Position numbers and translations under genes: made by a program
Notes under the pieces: model-generated
Database searches by the model: none
Seen by the model: the letters and a program-made list of their open reading frames with translations, nothing else
What the model was told of the DNA's origin: nothing
Assembly: GCF_001194135.2 (NCBI RefSeq)
Contig: NC_068992.1
Coordinates: 66,161,666-66,225,665, forward strand
DNA from: Octopus bimaculoides
Taxonomy: Eukaryota
Reading direction: 5' to 3'
DNA length: 64,000 bases
Shown here: one piece after another, positions 62,604-64,000 of the stretch
Numbering within the stretch: the stretch's first letter is position 1
How the letters are laid out: each line of letters starts with the position of its first letter

Positions 62604-64000
62604 TGAGTTGTACAGGAGAGAGAGAGAGACAGAAAGTGTGGCGAAGATGAAGGAGTTATGGAGAAATAGGAAGAGGTAAAGCAAGAGGGGGAAAGAAAAA
62701 ACGTAGAGAAGATGTAGAGGAAATGAAGGGGAAGGAGAGACAGGAGATGGGGTGAGAGGAAGAGGAGGGGAGGAGAGATGAGGAAGGCAGTATGTGTGTG
62801 TAATACAACTAAATTAATATTTTAATGGGTTAGTTGAGTTGTATTTAAAAATTAATGTTATTTAATGAAAGAGAAAGAAAGAAAGAAAGAGAGAAAGAGA
62901 AAGAGAGGGAGAGAGAAAGGACAAGCATAAAGCACATCTTGTTTGAAAACAGCAGAACATGCAACTACCACCATCATTGCTATACAACCACTGCCACCAC
63001 CACCACCACCACCACCAGTTCCAGCATCCAACCAAAATTGGCCATTGATGCCAACCACCACCAAGACTATTTGCAGCTGATAATTAAGTACCTCCAGAAG
63101 ACAACCCTTTCTCTTTCTCCCTGCTTCCTTCCCCAACATCAACAAGAACCCATCCCACCTTGCATCACCACCACCACCACCTCAACCACCACCATCGCCA
63201 CTTTCACAGAAAGATTAAATTGCTTGTTAGATTCTGGAATGGTTGTGTGAAACTGGGATTGCAGTGATGGAGGAAATGGAGGATGGAAGTTTTTTGAAAC
63301 CTTGTGGAATACAATGGAATGGACCATGTAGTTCCAGGAGTTCCATGGGAGAACAGGAAAAGAGCCCAAAGACAATGGCTTCAATTTATCTTCTCTCTTT
63401 CAATCACTTGGCTATGGCCATGCTGGGGCACTACCTTGAAGAACTTTTGGTCAAACCAATTGACCCCAGTACTTTTTTCTTTAAAGCCTGGTGCTTATTC
63501 TATCAGTCTGTTTTGCTGAACCACTAAGTTACAGGGATGTAAACACACCAACATCGGTTGTCAAGCAGTAGCGGGGGATACACAAAGGCACACACACATC
63601 ATTCATCTTCATTTAACGTCCGTTTTCCATCCTGGCATAGTTTGGATGGTTTGACTGGAGTTGGTAAGTTCTGGGGGCCTGCACCAGGCTTCATTGTCTG
63701 TTCTGGCATGGTTTTTATGGCTGCCAACCACTCCACAGAGTATAATGGGTGCTTTTTAAGTGGCACCAGCATGACTGCTTTTAACATAGCCCCTGCCCCA
63801 GTGCTTCTTGCGTGGCACCTGCACCAGTATCAATTCTGCTGTGATAGACGGAACTTTTTGAGTACAGAAATGCAGCAGATATCTCAGTCCTAAGGGTCAC
63901 TGTTTTGAGATCAGCCTTCAATATACTTCATCCCATGTCTTCCTGGGTCTCCCTCTTGCACGATGCAACTGTCTACATTCATATGCATCACATGACCACA

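Overview
AT-rich, microsatellite- and SINE-dense animal genomic DNA with nine N-gaps. The repeat families and intron style suggest an octopus or other coleoid cephalopod (inference, not verified). Two spliced genes lie head-to-tail on the minus strand. (1) DAP3/MRPS29: complete, 12 coding exons (60879 to 25998), 406 aa. (2) Cobalamin-dependent methionine synthase MTR: first 21 coding exons (19142 to 943, about 754 codons), running off the left edge before the cobalamin-binding His motif. All exons were read by hand with AG/GT boundaries and consistent phases. The rest is introns and a ~6.5 kb spacer filled with SINEs, RTE, RLE-type and CR1/L2 LINE fragments, Penelope-like ends, mariner/hAT/pogo remnants and simple repeats. 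Most interesting: a fold-back hairpin that pairs a DAP3 5' splice site; two phase-compatible MTR start exons (possible uORF switch) plus an inverted copy of one of them; an MTR exon whose splicing regenerates the upstream donor; inverted LINE copies tightly flanking an in-frame 1086-nt MTR exon block (circRNA architecture); a U12-type DAP3 intron with a duplicated decayed donor; and several minimal hammerhead-ribozyme-like motifs in introns. All functional interpretations are untested hypotheses; identities are by-eye estimates and repeat boundaries are approximate.
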